The notes: generated by a model from the sequence alone, not told the origin. Shown: positions 1 through 6,878, numbered from the stretch's first letter. The stretch is DNA of 32,766 bases from a virus (IMGVR_UViG_3300011339_000565:1-32766), one strand, 5' to 3'. Program-made: numbers and translations.

Positions 1-127
1 AATCTATGAAATACCTATTAGTCATTTGTTTATTAATTGCGGGATGTTCAGCAGTAAAAAGAGTTTTAAAAGATCCTGCAAAAGTTGAAGTTGTTGGTAG
101 AGAATGGGAAAAAAAGAATCCTTGTGT
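1..127 (+). repeat. Terminal direct repeat, copy 1 (assembly circularisation overlap)
   Basis: 1-127 is identical to 32640-32766; 127 is a common maximal assembler k-mer. Confidence 0.95.
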
Positions 128-494
128 AAATGATTCCTTTGTTGCTATTTTAAGCGATACATTGATAAAGTTTGATACAACCTACAAATTCAAGTTTGAT
201 ACTATTAATAAAATTGATATTATAAAAGTAGTTGATACTGTTTTAATAAATAAAACAATCAAGATAAGAGATACTTTTAAAGTATTCATAAATGATAATA
301 GAAGGCTCACCATTGCATTGGATTCAGTAAACCATTATAAAGGTAAAACTGCATATTACAAAGTGCAATTAGAAGAACAAACTGCACAAACGAAAGAGCA
401 AAAGTATTTGAAGAATAAATGGATGTTAAAATTTTGGTTATTACTTTTACTTATGTTAGGAATATTCGCTTTATATTTATGGCTAAATAAATAG
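6..494 (+). CDS. Putative unimolecular spanin (lipoprotein with C-terminal transmembrane helix)
   Basis: Lipobox IAG-C14 after a hydrophobic stretch; C-terminal TM FWLLLLLMLGIFALYLW; lies between the holin-like genes and the lysozyme. Confidence 0.7.
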   Translation: MKYLLVICLLIAGCSAVKRVLKDPAKVEVVGREWEKKNPCVNDSFVAILSDTLIKFDTTYKFKFDTINKIDIIKVVDTVLINKTIKIRDTFKVFINDNRRLTIALDSVNHYKGKTAYYKVQLEEQTAQTKEQKYLKNKWMLKFWLLLLLMLGIFALYLWLNK

Positions 495-496
495 TT

Positions 497-685
497 ATGA
501 AACAAACAGCAGTAGAATGGTTAATTGATATGTTAAAGCAACAAGGGTTATTAATAGGAGAACCCGATAATTTAATAACAGTGAAAGAAGCAAACAAAAT
601 GTTTGAGCAACAGATAATAGATGCTTATAATAATGGTGATTTAAGAAGTGCAGATTTATACTACAACGAAACATTCAAACAATGA
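497..685 (+). CDS. Hypothetical phage protein (MKQTAVEWL-type)
   Basis: Tightly packed ORF; I recall this N-terminus as common in Bacteroidota phages. Confidence 0.75.
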   Translation: MKQTAVEWLIDMLKQQGLLIGEPDNLITVKEANKMFEQQIIDAYNNGDLRSADLYYNETFKQ

Positions 686-864
686 AACAATATACAATTT
701 ATTTTGAAATTTTTGGAAAGAAATTGAAGATAAATTTGTATGCAAAGTCAATGGCTGATGCACAACAAAAGCTATTGAAGAAAAAAGATGAAGCATTCAA
801 AATATTAAAGGTTGAATGTTCTGATGATACTACATTCCTTAAAGATATATTTCCATTCCTATGA
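682..864 (+). CDS. Hypothetical protein
   Basis: ATGA overlaps with both neighbours. Confidence 0.7.
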   Translation: MKQYTIYFEIFGKKLKINLYAKSMADAQQKLLKKKDEAFKILKVECSDDTTFLKDIFPFL

Positions 865-1310
865 TAATAGTAAACCAAAAATGTATTGACTTAATTAAAT
901 CATTTGAAGGCTTATTCCTTAAGCCATATTATTGTCCTGCAAATGTTTGTACAATTGGTTATGGCACTATCAAATATCCAAATGGAACAAGGGTACGAAT
1001 TACCGATGTTCCTATAACAGAGGTAAAAGCAATGGAATATCTGATGTTTGAGATTGACCAAAAATCAAAAGCAATTGATCCGATGCTTCGTGAAGATTTA
1101 ACTGGCAATCAGTTTGGTGCATTAATTTCATTTGCCTATAATTTAGGTGAAGGAGCATTGAAGCAATCAACACTACTTAAAAAGGTAAATGCTAATCCAT
1201 TAGATGCTCAAATTCGCAATGAATTTCAGAAGTGGATATATGCAGATGGAAAGAAATTAAACGGCTTATTAAGGCGAAGAAATGCAGAAGCGGATTTATA
1301 TTTCAGCTAA
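861..1310 (+). CDS. Endolysin, GH24 phage lysozyme
   Basis: FEG...Y.C.....TIGYG triad (E-X8-C-X5-T), QFGALISFAYNLG, GLLRRRNAEADL. Confidence 0.95.
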   Translation: MIIVNQKCIDLIKSFEGLFLKPYYCPANVCTIGYGTIKYPNGTRVRITDVPITEVKAMEYLMFEIDQKSKAIDPMLREDLTGNQFGALISFAYNLGEGALKQSTLLKKVNANPLDAQIRNEFQKWIYADGKKLNGLLRRRNAEADLYFS

Positions 1311-1319
1311 AATTAAATT

Positions 1320-2036
1320 ATGCAAATTAGACCGAGATTAACACCGGATGAGTATTTATTTTTAAAAAAGAATTACAGGGCAAAGAAAGGGAATCGAGTT
1401 TTAGTGATTGGTGATTTACATGAACCTTTTTGTCTTGATGGTTATTTGCAATTTTGCAAAGAAATCTATGTCAAATACCAATGTAATAAAGTTGTATTTA
1501 TTGGTGATATAATAGACAACCATTATTCATCCTATCATGAAACTGATGTTGATGGTTTAAGTGGCGGACAGGAATTAGAATTGGCAATTGAAAAACTATC
1601 TGAATGGTATGAAGCATTTCCAAATGCTGATGTAACAATTGGCAATCATGATAGATTGATAATGCGAAAGGCTCAAACAGGAGCAGTTCCTAAAGCCTGG
1701 ATAAAATCTTACAAAGAAGTATTGAATGTTCCTGATTGGAATTTTGTTGAAAGGGTAATCATTGATGGAGTGCAATACATACATGGCGAAGCAGGAACTG
1801 CAAAAGCTAAATGTAGAGCAGATATGATGTCAACAGTTCAAGGACATCTGCATACACAAGCCTATACTGAATGGTTTGTTGGTGCTAACTTTCGTATTTT
1901 TGGAATGCAAGTAGGTTGTGGAATAGATCATGAATCGTATGCAATGGCTTATGCTAAAGCCGGAAAGAAACCTGCAATCGGATGTGGAGTTGTAATTGAT
2001 GGAGATGTTGCAATAAATGAATTGATGAAACTATAA
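1320..2036 (+). CDS. Calcineurin-like metallophosphoesterase
   Basis: Motifs GDLH, GDIID, GNHD, HG, GHLH. Confidence 0.92.
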   Translation: MQIRPRLTPDEYLFLKKNYRAKKGNRVLVIGDLHEPFCLDGYLQFCKEIYVKYQCNKVVFIGDIIDNHYSSYHETDVDGLSGGQELELAIEKLSEWYEAFPNADVTIGNHDRLIMRKAQTGAVPKAWIKSYKEVLNVPDWNFVERVIIDGVQYIHGEAGTAKAKCRADMMSTVQGHLHTQAYTEWFVGANFRIFGMQVGCGIDHESYAMAYAKAGKKPAIGCGVVIDGDVAINELMKL

Positions 2037-2046
2037 ATAAACTAAA

Positions 2047-2226
2047 ATGAGAAAACCAAAAGGATTTAATAAGATGACATTAAGAGAGCAAGAGATATGG
2101 TTGATTGCAGAAAGGGAAGCAATCAATAAAGCATTGGCAGCAAATAGCAAACAGTTGGCAATTGTTCGTGGTGGGCAGAAGGTTGAGTTGAGTGATTATG
2201 AAAGACCTGATTTAGAGAAAGTGTAA
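2047..2226 (+). CDS. Hypothetical 59-aa protein (not in ORF track)
   Basis: MRKPKGFNKMTLREQEIWLIAE...PDLEKV; A-rich start context AAACTAAAATG. Confidence 0.7.
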   Translation: MRKPKGFNKMTLREQEIWLIAEREAINKALAANSKQLAIVRGGQKVELSDYERPDLEKV

Positions 2227-2262
2227 GGTCACCGATATGGTCACCGATAAAGTCACCGATAG
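2227..2262 (+). repeat. Three 12-bp tandem repeats, core GTCACCGATA
   Basis: ggtcaccgatat / ggtcaccgataa / agtcaccgatag. Confidence 0.9.
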
Positions 2263-2612
2263 GGTATAAGTTGAAATTAAGTACCGAAAATCATATCTAA
2301 AAGGGTATAAAAATGTCAAGTAAACTGAACAAAAAACGGGACAAATATTTAAAGAATTGTGACAAAAATAGTTTAATAAATTGTAATCAAACACAATTAT
2401 TCAAACGAAAAAATGATACGATAGGTATACGCTATGATACGCAAATATCCGATTGTATTCGTAACATATTTATAGTATTATTTGTTACGAGAGGTATGAA
2501 TGAATTATGCTACATTACTAATAAAAAAAGGTATTAATGTTGGAGATAATCAACAAATAACTTGTCATTAAAGAAGCAAAAACATATCATTTTGTAACTT
2601 ATAAAACACAAA
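2227..2612. promoter_or_regulatory. Array of diverse operator-like palindromes and direct repeats
   Basis: For example TCGTAACA-N16-TGTTACGA (2459-2490), AATTGT-N8-ACAATT (2379-2398), TGTTG-N8-CAACA (2538-2555), TTTGT-aac-TTATAA-aac-ACAAA (2591-2612). Confidence 0.55.
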
Positions 2613-2614
2613 CT

Positions 2615-2848
2615 ATGAAATTTAGAATTAAACAAATAGATGAGAATATTTATATCCCACAAGTAAAAAAGAGTTTTTTTGATAATTGGTATGGAATAGA
2701 TAATAAATGGAATGAAATTTGGTGGCATGTATTTTACCAAAGAATATATTGTAGTCAAAAAACATATCAAGATGCTTTAAAAGAAATTGAAATTTGGAAA
2801 ACTAAAAATCATAAAAAAAAGAATTATCCAAAATATTTTGAAATATAA
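2615..2848 (+). CDS. Hypothetical protein
   Basis: ORF with AAACTATG start context. Confidence 0.7.
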   Translation: MKFRIKQIDENIYIPQVKKSFFDNWYGIDNKWNEIWWHVFYQRIYCSQKTYQDALKEIEIWKTKNHKKKNYPKYFEI

Positions 2849-2858
2849 ACAAAAAACT

Positions 2859-3089
2859 ATGCAAGACAAAATTGTTAACCAAGTAGTAAGCAAGTATCAA
2901 CAAAGAAGTGAGATTGGTATTGGTAAATACAACACTACTTTGCAAAATAATAATGCAGATAATTTCTTCAAACATGCACAGGAAGAAGCAATGGATTTCT
3001 CTTTGTATTTAGAAAAGATTATGCAGATTGTAAAAGAAACTCCAAACGATGCTGAACTTGGTGCTAAAATAAGAATGATGTCAAGATGA
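2859..3089 (+). CDS. Conserved phage protein, possibly all-alpha NTP-pyrophosphatase (MazG-like) fold
   Basis: Start revised to MQDKIV (AAAAACTATG); motif RSEIGIGKYNTTL...HAQEEAMDFSLY. Confidence 0.6.
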   Translation: MQDKIVNQVVSKYQQRSEIGIGKYNTTLQNNNADNFFKHAQEEAMDFSLYLEKIMQIVKETPNDAELGAKIRMMSR

Positions 3090-3355
3090 TAACTAAAATA
3101 ATATATAAGAAATTAGGTAGGGAAAAGCTATGGGGTGAAGCAGATTTGGAAGATAATTCTATTACTTTAGATATTCGTTTAAAAGGTAAAAAGCATCTTG
3201 AAATATTAACACATGAATCTCTGCATATCTTACTTCCAGGAGCAAATGAAGAAGAAATAGTAAGAATATCAACTGCACTTACAAAGGTATTATGGAAAGA
3301 AAACTATCGAAGAATTGATAGTGATGATAATGTTCCACTTCAGGATGGTACATAA
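3086..3355 (+). CDS. Small zinc-metallopeptidase-like protein
   Basis: HExxH motif (THESLH) followed by EEEIV. Confidence 0.65.
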   Translation: MITKIIYKKLGREKLWGEADLEDNSITLDIRLKGKKHLEILTHESLHILLPGANEEEIVRISTALTKVLWKENYRRIDSDDNVPLQDGT

Positions 3356-3380
3356 AAAAAGGGAGTATCTCTACTCCCCT
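3354..3380 (-). terminator. Intrinsic terminator between convergent operons
   Basis: GGGAGTA-tctc-TACTCCC hairpin; the A-run at 3354-3360 gives a U-tract on the minus strand. Confidence 0.8.
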
Positions 3381-3397
3381 ATTAACTAAAACCAAAA

Positions 3398-3685
3398 CTA
3401 AAAAGGTAAATCATCAACAACTGCATTGTTCACAGGTGTTGCATTTTGTGGTGTTGTAGCTGCTTGTGGCTGCTTAATATTCCCGATGTATACTTTCTTC
3501 TCACCTGCTTCTCTTTCTGCTTTAGATTGGCTTAATTGAATGCTTCCAATATTGCCATACTGATCCAATTCATCATTCACCCAAACATTAATGTTGAGGT
3601 ACATTTTACCATTCTTTTCTGAAGTGGTTACTTTGTCTTTTGGGATCTCTGATAAACAGATGCTTCCATTATATAGTTTACTCAT
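3398..3685 (-). CDS. Single-stranded DNA-binding protein-like
   Basis: Compact beta-rich core, low-complexity linker, acidic tail DDLPF; same operon as the ERF recombinase. Confidence 0.7.
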   Translation of the reverse strand: MSKLYNGSICLSEIPKDKVTTSEKNGKMYLNINVWVNDELDQYGNIGSIQLSQSKAEREAGEKKVYIGNIKQPQAATTPQNATPVNNAVVDDLPF

Positions 3686-3715
3686 GTTATTGCAGGATAT
3701 AGGTTGCCTGTGCCT
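3686..3715 (-). promoter_or_regulatory. Structured leader element, copy A (pseudoknot-like)
   Basis: AGGCA-CAGG-CAA-CCT-ATAT-CCTG-CAATAAC directly before ATG. Confidence 0.65.
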
Positions 3716-4000
3716 TTAAAAGTTATCCTTTATAAACTCCGCCAATATATCGGCTTTGTTTACTTTAGGTATTGTATGAAATATTTCTGCTTGTTTATCT
3801 CTATCAAGTTTACCTTCATATTTACGATATGGTGGCAGTTCAATTGTACGAAGCGAAGATAGTAATACTGGCTTCGTAAATCCACAAATACTACCAAAGA
3901 ATGCTTTTGTTTTTTGGTATTCTTTATGAAGCATCTGCCTGTATTCTTGTGCAACTCTATAATGTTCTGCAATCATCCATTCTTTGAATTCAGTTCTCAT
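3716..4000 (-). CDS. Hypothetical protein
   Basis: Coupled ORF in the leftward operon. Confidence 0.7.
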   Translation of the reverse strand: MRTEFKEWMIAEHYRVAQEYRQMLHKEYQKTKAFFGSICGFTKPVLLSSLRTIELPPYRKYEGKLDRDKQAEIFHTIPKVNKADILAEFIKDNF

Positions 4001-4182
4001 AGTAGATTAATTTCGTTTATTACATTCTGCCAATATTTAAATGGCAAGTTTACTTCATCAGAAAGCAAATCATCCAGTTCAATTAGTTCTTTAATGATTT
4101 CATCAATACATTTTATTGCATATTCTTTGCCAAATATTCTTATTAAGTATTTTGCTTTATCTTTTACTGTTAAATTATCCAT
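3997..4182 (-). CDS. Hypothetical protein, likely paralog of 6601..6876
   Basis: KDKAKYLI...A..C...I...YWQNVINEI pattern shared with 6601..6876. Confidence 0.7.
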   Translation of the reverse strand: MDNLTVKDKAKYLIRIFGKEYAIKCIDEIIKELIELDDLLSDEVNLPFKYWQNVINEINLL

Positions 4183-4196
4183 AATTAAGATTTTAA

Positions 4197-4272
4197 AAAC
4201 TCCTGTCCTGTTGCCATGCTAACTACCAATTAACACATTTTAAAATTAAGGATTAAGGACAGGAATGAGTTT
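4197..4272 (-). other. Large-loop stem (possible attenuator or ncRNA)
   Basis: TCCTGTCCT (4201-4209) pairs with AGGACAGGA (4256-4264); 46-nt loop; U-run follows on the minus strand. Confidence 0.45.
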
Positions 4273-4274
4273 AA

Positions 4275-4478
4275 TTAATGTTGTTTAGATTTCCAATTCT
4301 GATAATGTATTTCTCTTTCTCTATCTGCATCAGTTACTTCCATTGAAAGTATTTCTTGCAAAGTAGTTTTCTGATTAAAGTCCCAAATACCTTTGCCATT
4401 GCTTGTTGTAATTGGTGGAACTATTTCACCATTCTTATCAATTGGATAACTGTCATTTAATGTATCTATACTACGCAT
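4275..4478 (-). CDS. Hypothetical protein
   Basis: Overlaps the end of the ERF gene. Confidence 0.65.
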   Translation of the reverse strand: MRSIDTLNDSYPIDKNGEIVPPITTSNGKGIWDFNQKTTLQEILSMEVTDADREREIHYQNWKSKQH

Positions 4479-4995
4479 AGGTTGCTGCTTTAGATTTGAA
4501 TGCTTGGGTTACTGCTTCCGTTTTTTCTGCATTGGTTAAGATATTCCAGAACGAAGTTAGTTCTGCCTTATCTTTTGCAAATGAAATCTTTGCAAGTATT
4601 TCTGATGTACTTTGTTTTGCCGGTGCATCACTATCTGCATCTTTAGTATCATCTATCAGGAACAATCCATTAAGGCAATACTTTCTTGCATAACTTGATG
4701 CTGCTCCTGATACCTGTGAACCATCCATTCCTTTCTTTGATTCTTCTTCTCTTGCCATTGCTGATACTTCAACAACACCATCTTCACTTTTGAATTTGGC
4801 AGTTGCTTTGATATAAAATCTTGTTCCAATGTTTATCACTTCATCGGTGATAATTAATTTGCAATCATACTTGGCAAGTAATGGTTTGACTGCTTCCAAT
4901 ATATCTTCGCAATTCCGGTATTTATATTTACCGAATGAATTGTACTGATTCTTTGGTGCTTTGAGTTCTGATTGAATTTGTGTGAGTTTGTTCAT
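4471..4995 (-). CDS. ERF-superfamily single-strand annealing protein (recombinase)
   Basis: K...NSFGKYKYR..EDILEAVKPLL and Q..GAASSYARKYCL.GLF.IDD.KDAD motifs. Confidence 0.92.
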   Translation of the reverse strand: MNKLTQIQSELKAPKNQYNSFGKYKYRNCEDILEAVKPLLAKYDCKLIITDEVINIGTRFYIKATAKFKSEDGVVEVSAMAREEESKKGMDGSQVSGAASSYARKYCLNGLFLIDDTKDADSDAPAKQSTSEILAKISFAKDKAELTSFWNILTNAEKTEAVTQAFKSKAATYA

Positions 4996-5025
4996 GTTAA
5001 TGGCTGATATAGGGAGCAGCTGCCT
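4996..5025 (-). promoter_or_regulatory. Structured leader element, copy B (pseudoknot-like)
   Basis: AGGCA-GCTG-CTC-CCT-ATAT-CAGC-CATTAAC directly before ATG; compensatory changes relative to copy A. Confidence 0.65.
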
Positions 5026-5091
5026 TTATTTTTTTAGTAATAGTTTTAGTAAAAGTAATTCAATAATGAATGTCAATGCCATGCCTATCAT
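5026..5091 (-). CDS. 21-aa hydrophobic peptide (not in track)
   Basis: MIGMALTFIIELLLLKLLLKK; ATGA overlap with the stop of 5088..5453; fills the gap exactly. Confidence 0.5.
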   Translation of the reverse strand: MIGMALTFIIELLLLKLLLKK

Positions 5092-5453
5092 ATCTGCTTA
5101 TTTAAAGTATTATAGTCATACATGAAACCATGTTCTTTAGAATAAATATAATCATTCATTTGCTTCATGTGGTGAACAATAGTTGTGTGATCAGAAACTG
5201 AAGGATGCAACATTGCAGCAATCTTTGTAGTTGTTAATGAAGTATTCATTCGTAGAAAGTAAATGATAAATCTTCTGCAAGATACATAATCTTTCTTTCT
5301 ATTCTTTTTTATTACTTCTTCAAATGGTATTCCAAAATGATTGCAACACATATCTATAATTCTATCAGTTTGCATCTTTTGAGATAATTTGAATTCGCTA
5401 TCTAAATCTTTTGATTTGCGAAGTCCAGGAATTGCATAAGCATTATATATCAT
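5088..5453 (-). CDS. DnaA C-terminal (domain IV) HTH-like protein
   Basis: IIDMCCNHFGI...K.RKKDYV..R...YFLR..T.LT..KIA......DHTTIVH resembles the DnaA domain IV signature (RDHTTV.H). Confidence 0.8.
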   Translation of the reverse strand: MIYNAYAIPGLRKSKDLDSEFKLSQKMQTDRIIDMCCNHFGIPFEEVIKKNRKKDYVSCRRFIIYFLRMNTSLTTTKIAAMLHPSVSDHTTIVHHMKQMNDYIYSKEHGFMYDYNTLNKQI

Positions 5454-5518
5454 TGTTTAATTGTTAAATAGTAAATAAATAGTATTGCAAGGATAATCTC
5501 AATAATTGTCTTTTTCAT
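5450..5518 (-). CDS. 22-aa hydrophobic peptide (not in track)
   Basis: MKKTIIEIILAILFIYYLTIKQ; its stop overlaps the next start (ATGA). Confidence 0.5.
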   Translation of the reverse strand: MKKTIIEIILAILFIYYLTIKQ

Positions 5519-5693
5519 CTGATGGCGGATTTATTTTTACTTCATTAAACATTCCTGCTAATTCTGCCGAATGTAATATTTGCTCAATAGCAGTAAATCC
5601 GACATTGGAGTTTTGAATCAGATGAGTTACTTTACCTACCATTTCAATTTTTTCTTGTAGGCTTAAATCAAGCCATGATTGACAGTTTGCCAT
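5499..5693 (-). CDS. Hypothetical protein
   Basis: A-rich start context; fits the operon. Confidence 0.7.
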   Translation of the reverse strand: MANCQSWLDLSLQEKIEMVGKVTHLIQNSNVGFTAIEQILHSAELAGMFNEVKINPPSDEKDNY

Positions 5694-5712
5694 TTTGTTT
5701 TAGTTTTAAGGT

Positions 5713-5799
5713 TTATAAAAAATAATTGTCTTGCAACAATGCAGTAATTACTGCTGCAATTAAAATAAAAATTAGTGCTTGTTTGTTTTCTTTTTTCAT
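5713..5799 (-). CDS. 28-aa single-TM peptide (not in track)
   Basis: MKKENKQALIFILIAAVITALLQDNYFL; preceded by leader element copy C. Confidence 0.6.
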   Translation of the reverse strand: MKKENKQALIFILIAAVITALLQDNYFL

Positions 5800-5832
5800 A
5801 GTTAATTGCAGTTGTAAGGATGCTGCACCCCT
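5800..5832 (-). promoter_or_regulatory. Structured leader element, copy C (pseudoknot-like)
   Basis: AGGGGT-GCAG-CAT-CCT-TACAA-CTGC-AATTAACT directly before ATG. Confidence 0.6.
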
Positions 5833-5839
5833 GTTGTGA

Positions 5840-6274
5840 TTATAATTCTTTTTCAGTCATTATATATCCGACAGGAAATCTTTTCCTACATTCACTTCCT
5901 ACACCCATTACCCATGCATCTGCATATTCATTTTTATCAGAAGCAGGATAAGCATCACCACCAAAAATAGAATTTATAAAATATTTTGGATTGGTAATTG
6001 TTTTGCCGCAGCATGGACAATGGTTTAAATTTAATTCATCGGCTTTTTCTCTATTTCTATCATACATTTTATAGTTTGATATTTTAGGAATTTCAATGAT
6101 GTTTGTTGGTTCTTGTGGTATTGTAGTAAGTTTTTTTAATTCTAATTCTGCTTCTTTTTTATTTTCAAAATAAGAAATAGTAGTAATACCACTAAATTCT
6201 CTATTACCTTTTAAAGCAAATCCAAAATTTGTTTCTTCAATAAAATAATTTGTAATTTTTTGTGTAGTTGCCAT
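5840..6274 (-). CDS. Hypothetical early protein, possible Zn-binding
   Basis: First gene after the leftward promoter; CPCCG...GSEC. Confidence 0.75.
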   Translation of the reverse strand: MATTQKITNYFIEETNFGFALKGNREFSGITTISYFENKKEAELELKKLTTIPQEPTNIIEIPKISNYKMYDRNREKADELNLNHCPCCGKTITNPKYFINSIFGGDAYPASDKNEYADAWVMGVGSECRKRFPVGYIMTEKEL

Positions 6275-6308
6275 GTGTTTTAGTTTTTAGTTTTTTAGTT
6301 TGATAGAG

Positions 6309-6339
6309 CAAATATAAAATCTTTTTTGATACTACCAAA
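6309..6339 (-). promoter_or_regulatory. Bacteroidota sigma-A promoter (leftward early)
   Basis: Minus strand TTTG (6339-6336), 19-nt spacer, TATATTTG (6316-6309); matches the -33/-7 consensus TTTG...TAnnTTTG. Confidence 0.75.
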
Positions 6340-6384
6340 AAAATCTTTAAAAAAATAAATTTTTTTTTTAAAATTCTTTTTCTA

Positions 6385-6392
6385 TAACTTTG
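6385..6392 (+). promoter_or_regulatory. Bacteroidota -7 element (rightward promoter)
   Basis: TAACTTTG 17 nt upstream of ATG 6410; no clear -33 element. Confidence 0.6.
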
Positions 6393-6409
6393 CAGCAAAT
6401 CAAATAACC

Positions 6410-6607
6410 ATGAAAAACGGAAAAACAATTGAGTTATCTCAAAGACAATTAAGTAAGTTACAAAAAGAACTTGATCAGTATCGAGTCAAAAGAGATTTTG
6501 AAAGGAAATACAATATCTCTATTATGACTGTTAATAATGTTGTAGAAAATAAAAGATGCAGTCAAAGAATTTACCAATCACTATTTAAAACTAATCAATC
6601 ATGTTAG
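6410..6607 (+). CDS. Small putative HTH (Cro-like) regulator
   Basis: First gene of the divergent operon; KRDFERKYNISIMTVNNVV looks like an HTH. Confidence 0.5.
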   Translation: MKNGKTIELSQRQLSKLQKELDQYRVKRDFERKYNISIMTVNNVVENKRCSQRIYQSLFKTNQSC

Positions 6608-6876
6608 AACATACAAATGAATTAGAACCAACAATGTGGGAAATAAATGCAATAAATAAATTAATGAATTGCAGTCCCAAAGAACAAGCAGAAGAACTAA
6701 TAAAAGAATTTAAAGTATTAGGCTTATCAGATATTACTGCAACTGCCTGTGCATTGAAAGTATGTCAGAATGTTTTGGAAAACACAATGCATAATTACTT
6801 TAGGCAAATACATTGGAAAGCAGTAAGAGAGATTCTTTATTATCAACCATTAGGAAATACTGAAAAAATATTTTAA
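6601..6876 (+). CDS. Hypothetical protein (paralog of 3997..4182)
   Basis: SPKEQAEELI...A..CAL.V...HWKAVREIL. Confidence 0.7.
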   Translation: MLEHTNELEPTMWEINAINKLMNCSPKEQAEELIKEFKVLGLSDITATACALKVCQNVLENTMHNYFRQIHWKAVREILYYQPLGNTEKIF

Positions 6877-6878
6877 TT

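Noticed and set aside
2227-2612. CRISPR or mini-CRISPR array
   Set aside because: No constant repeat with regular unique spacers, and no cas genes
2212-2770. ORFs 2313..2537 (+), 2212..2394 (-) and 2534..2770 (-)
   Set aside because: Atypical composition; they lie over the palindrome array or antisense to a better gene; probably non-coding, though 2313..2537 cannot be fully excluded
6275-6410. Lysogeny switch with CI repressor and integrase
   Set aside because: Divergent promoters are present, but I recognised no integrase, ParA or CI-like peptidase-HTH; lifestyle is probably lytic but unproven
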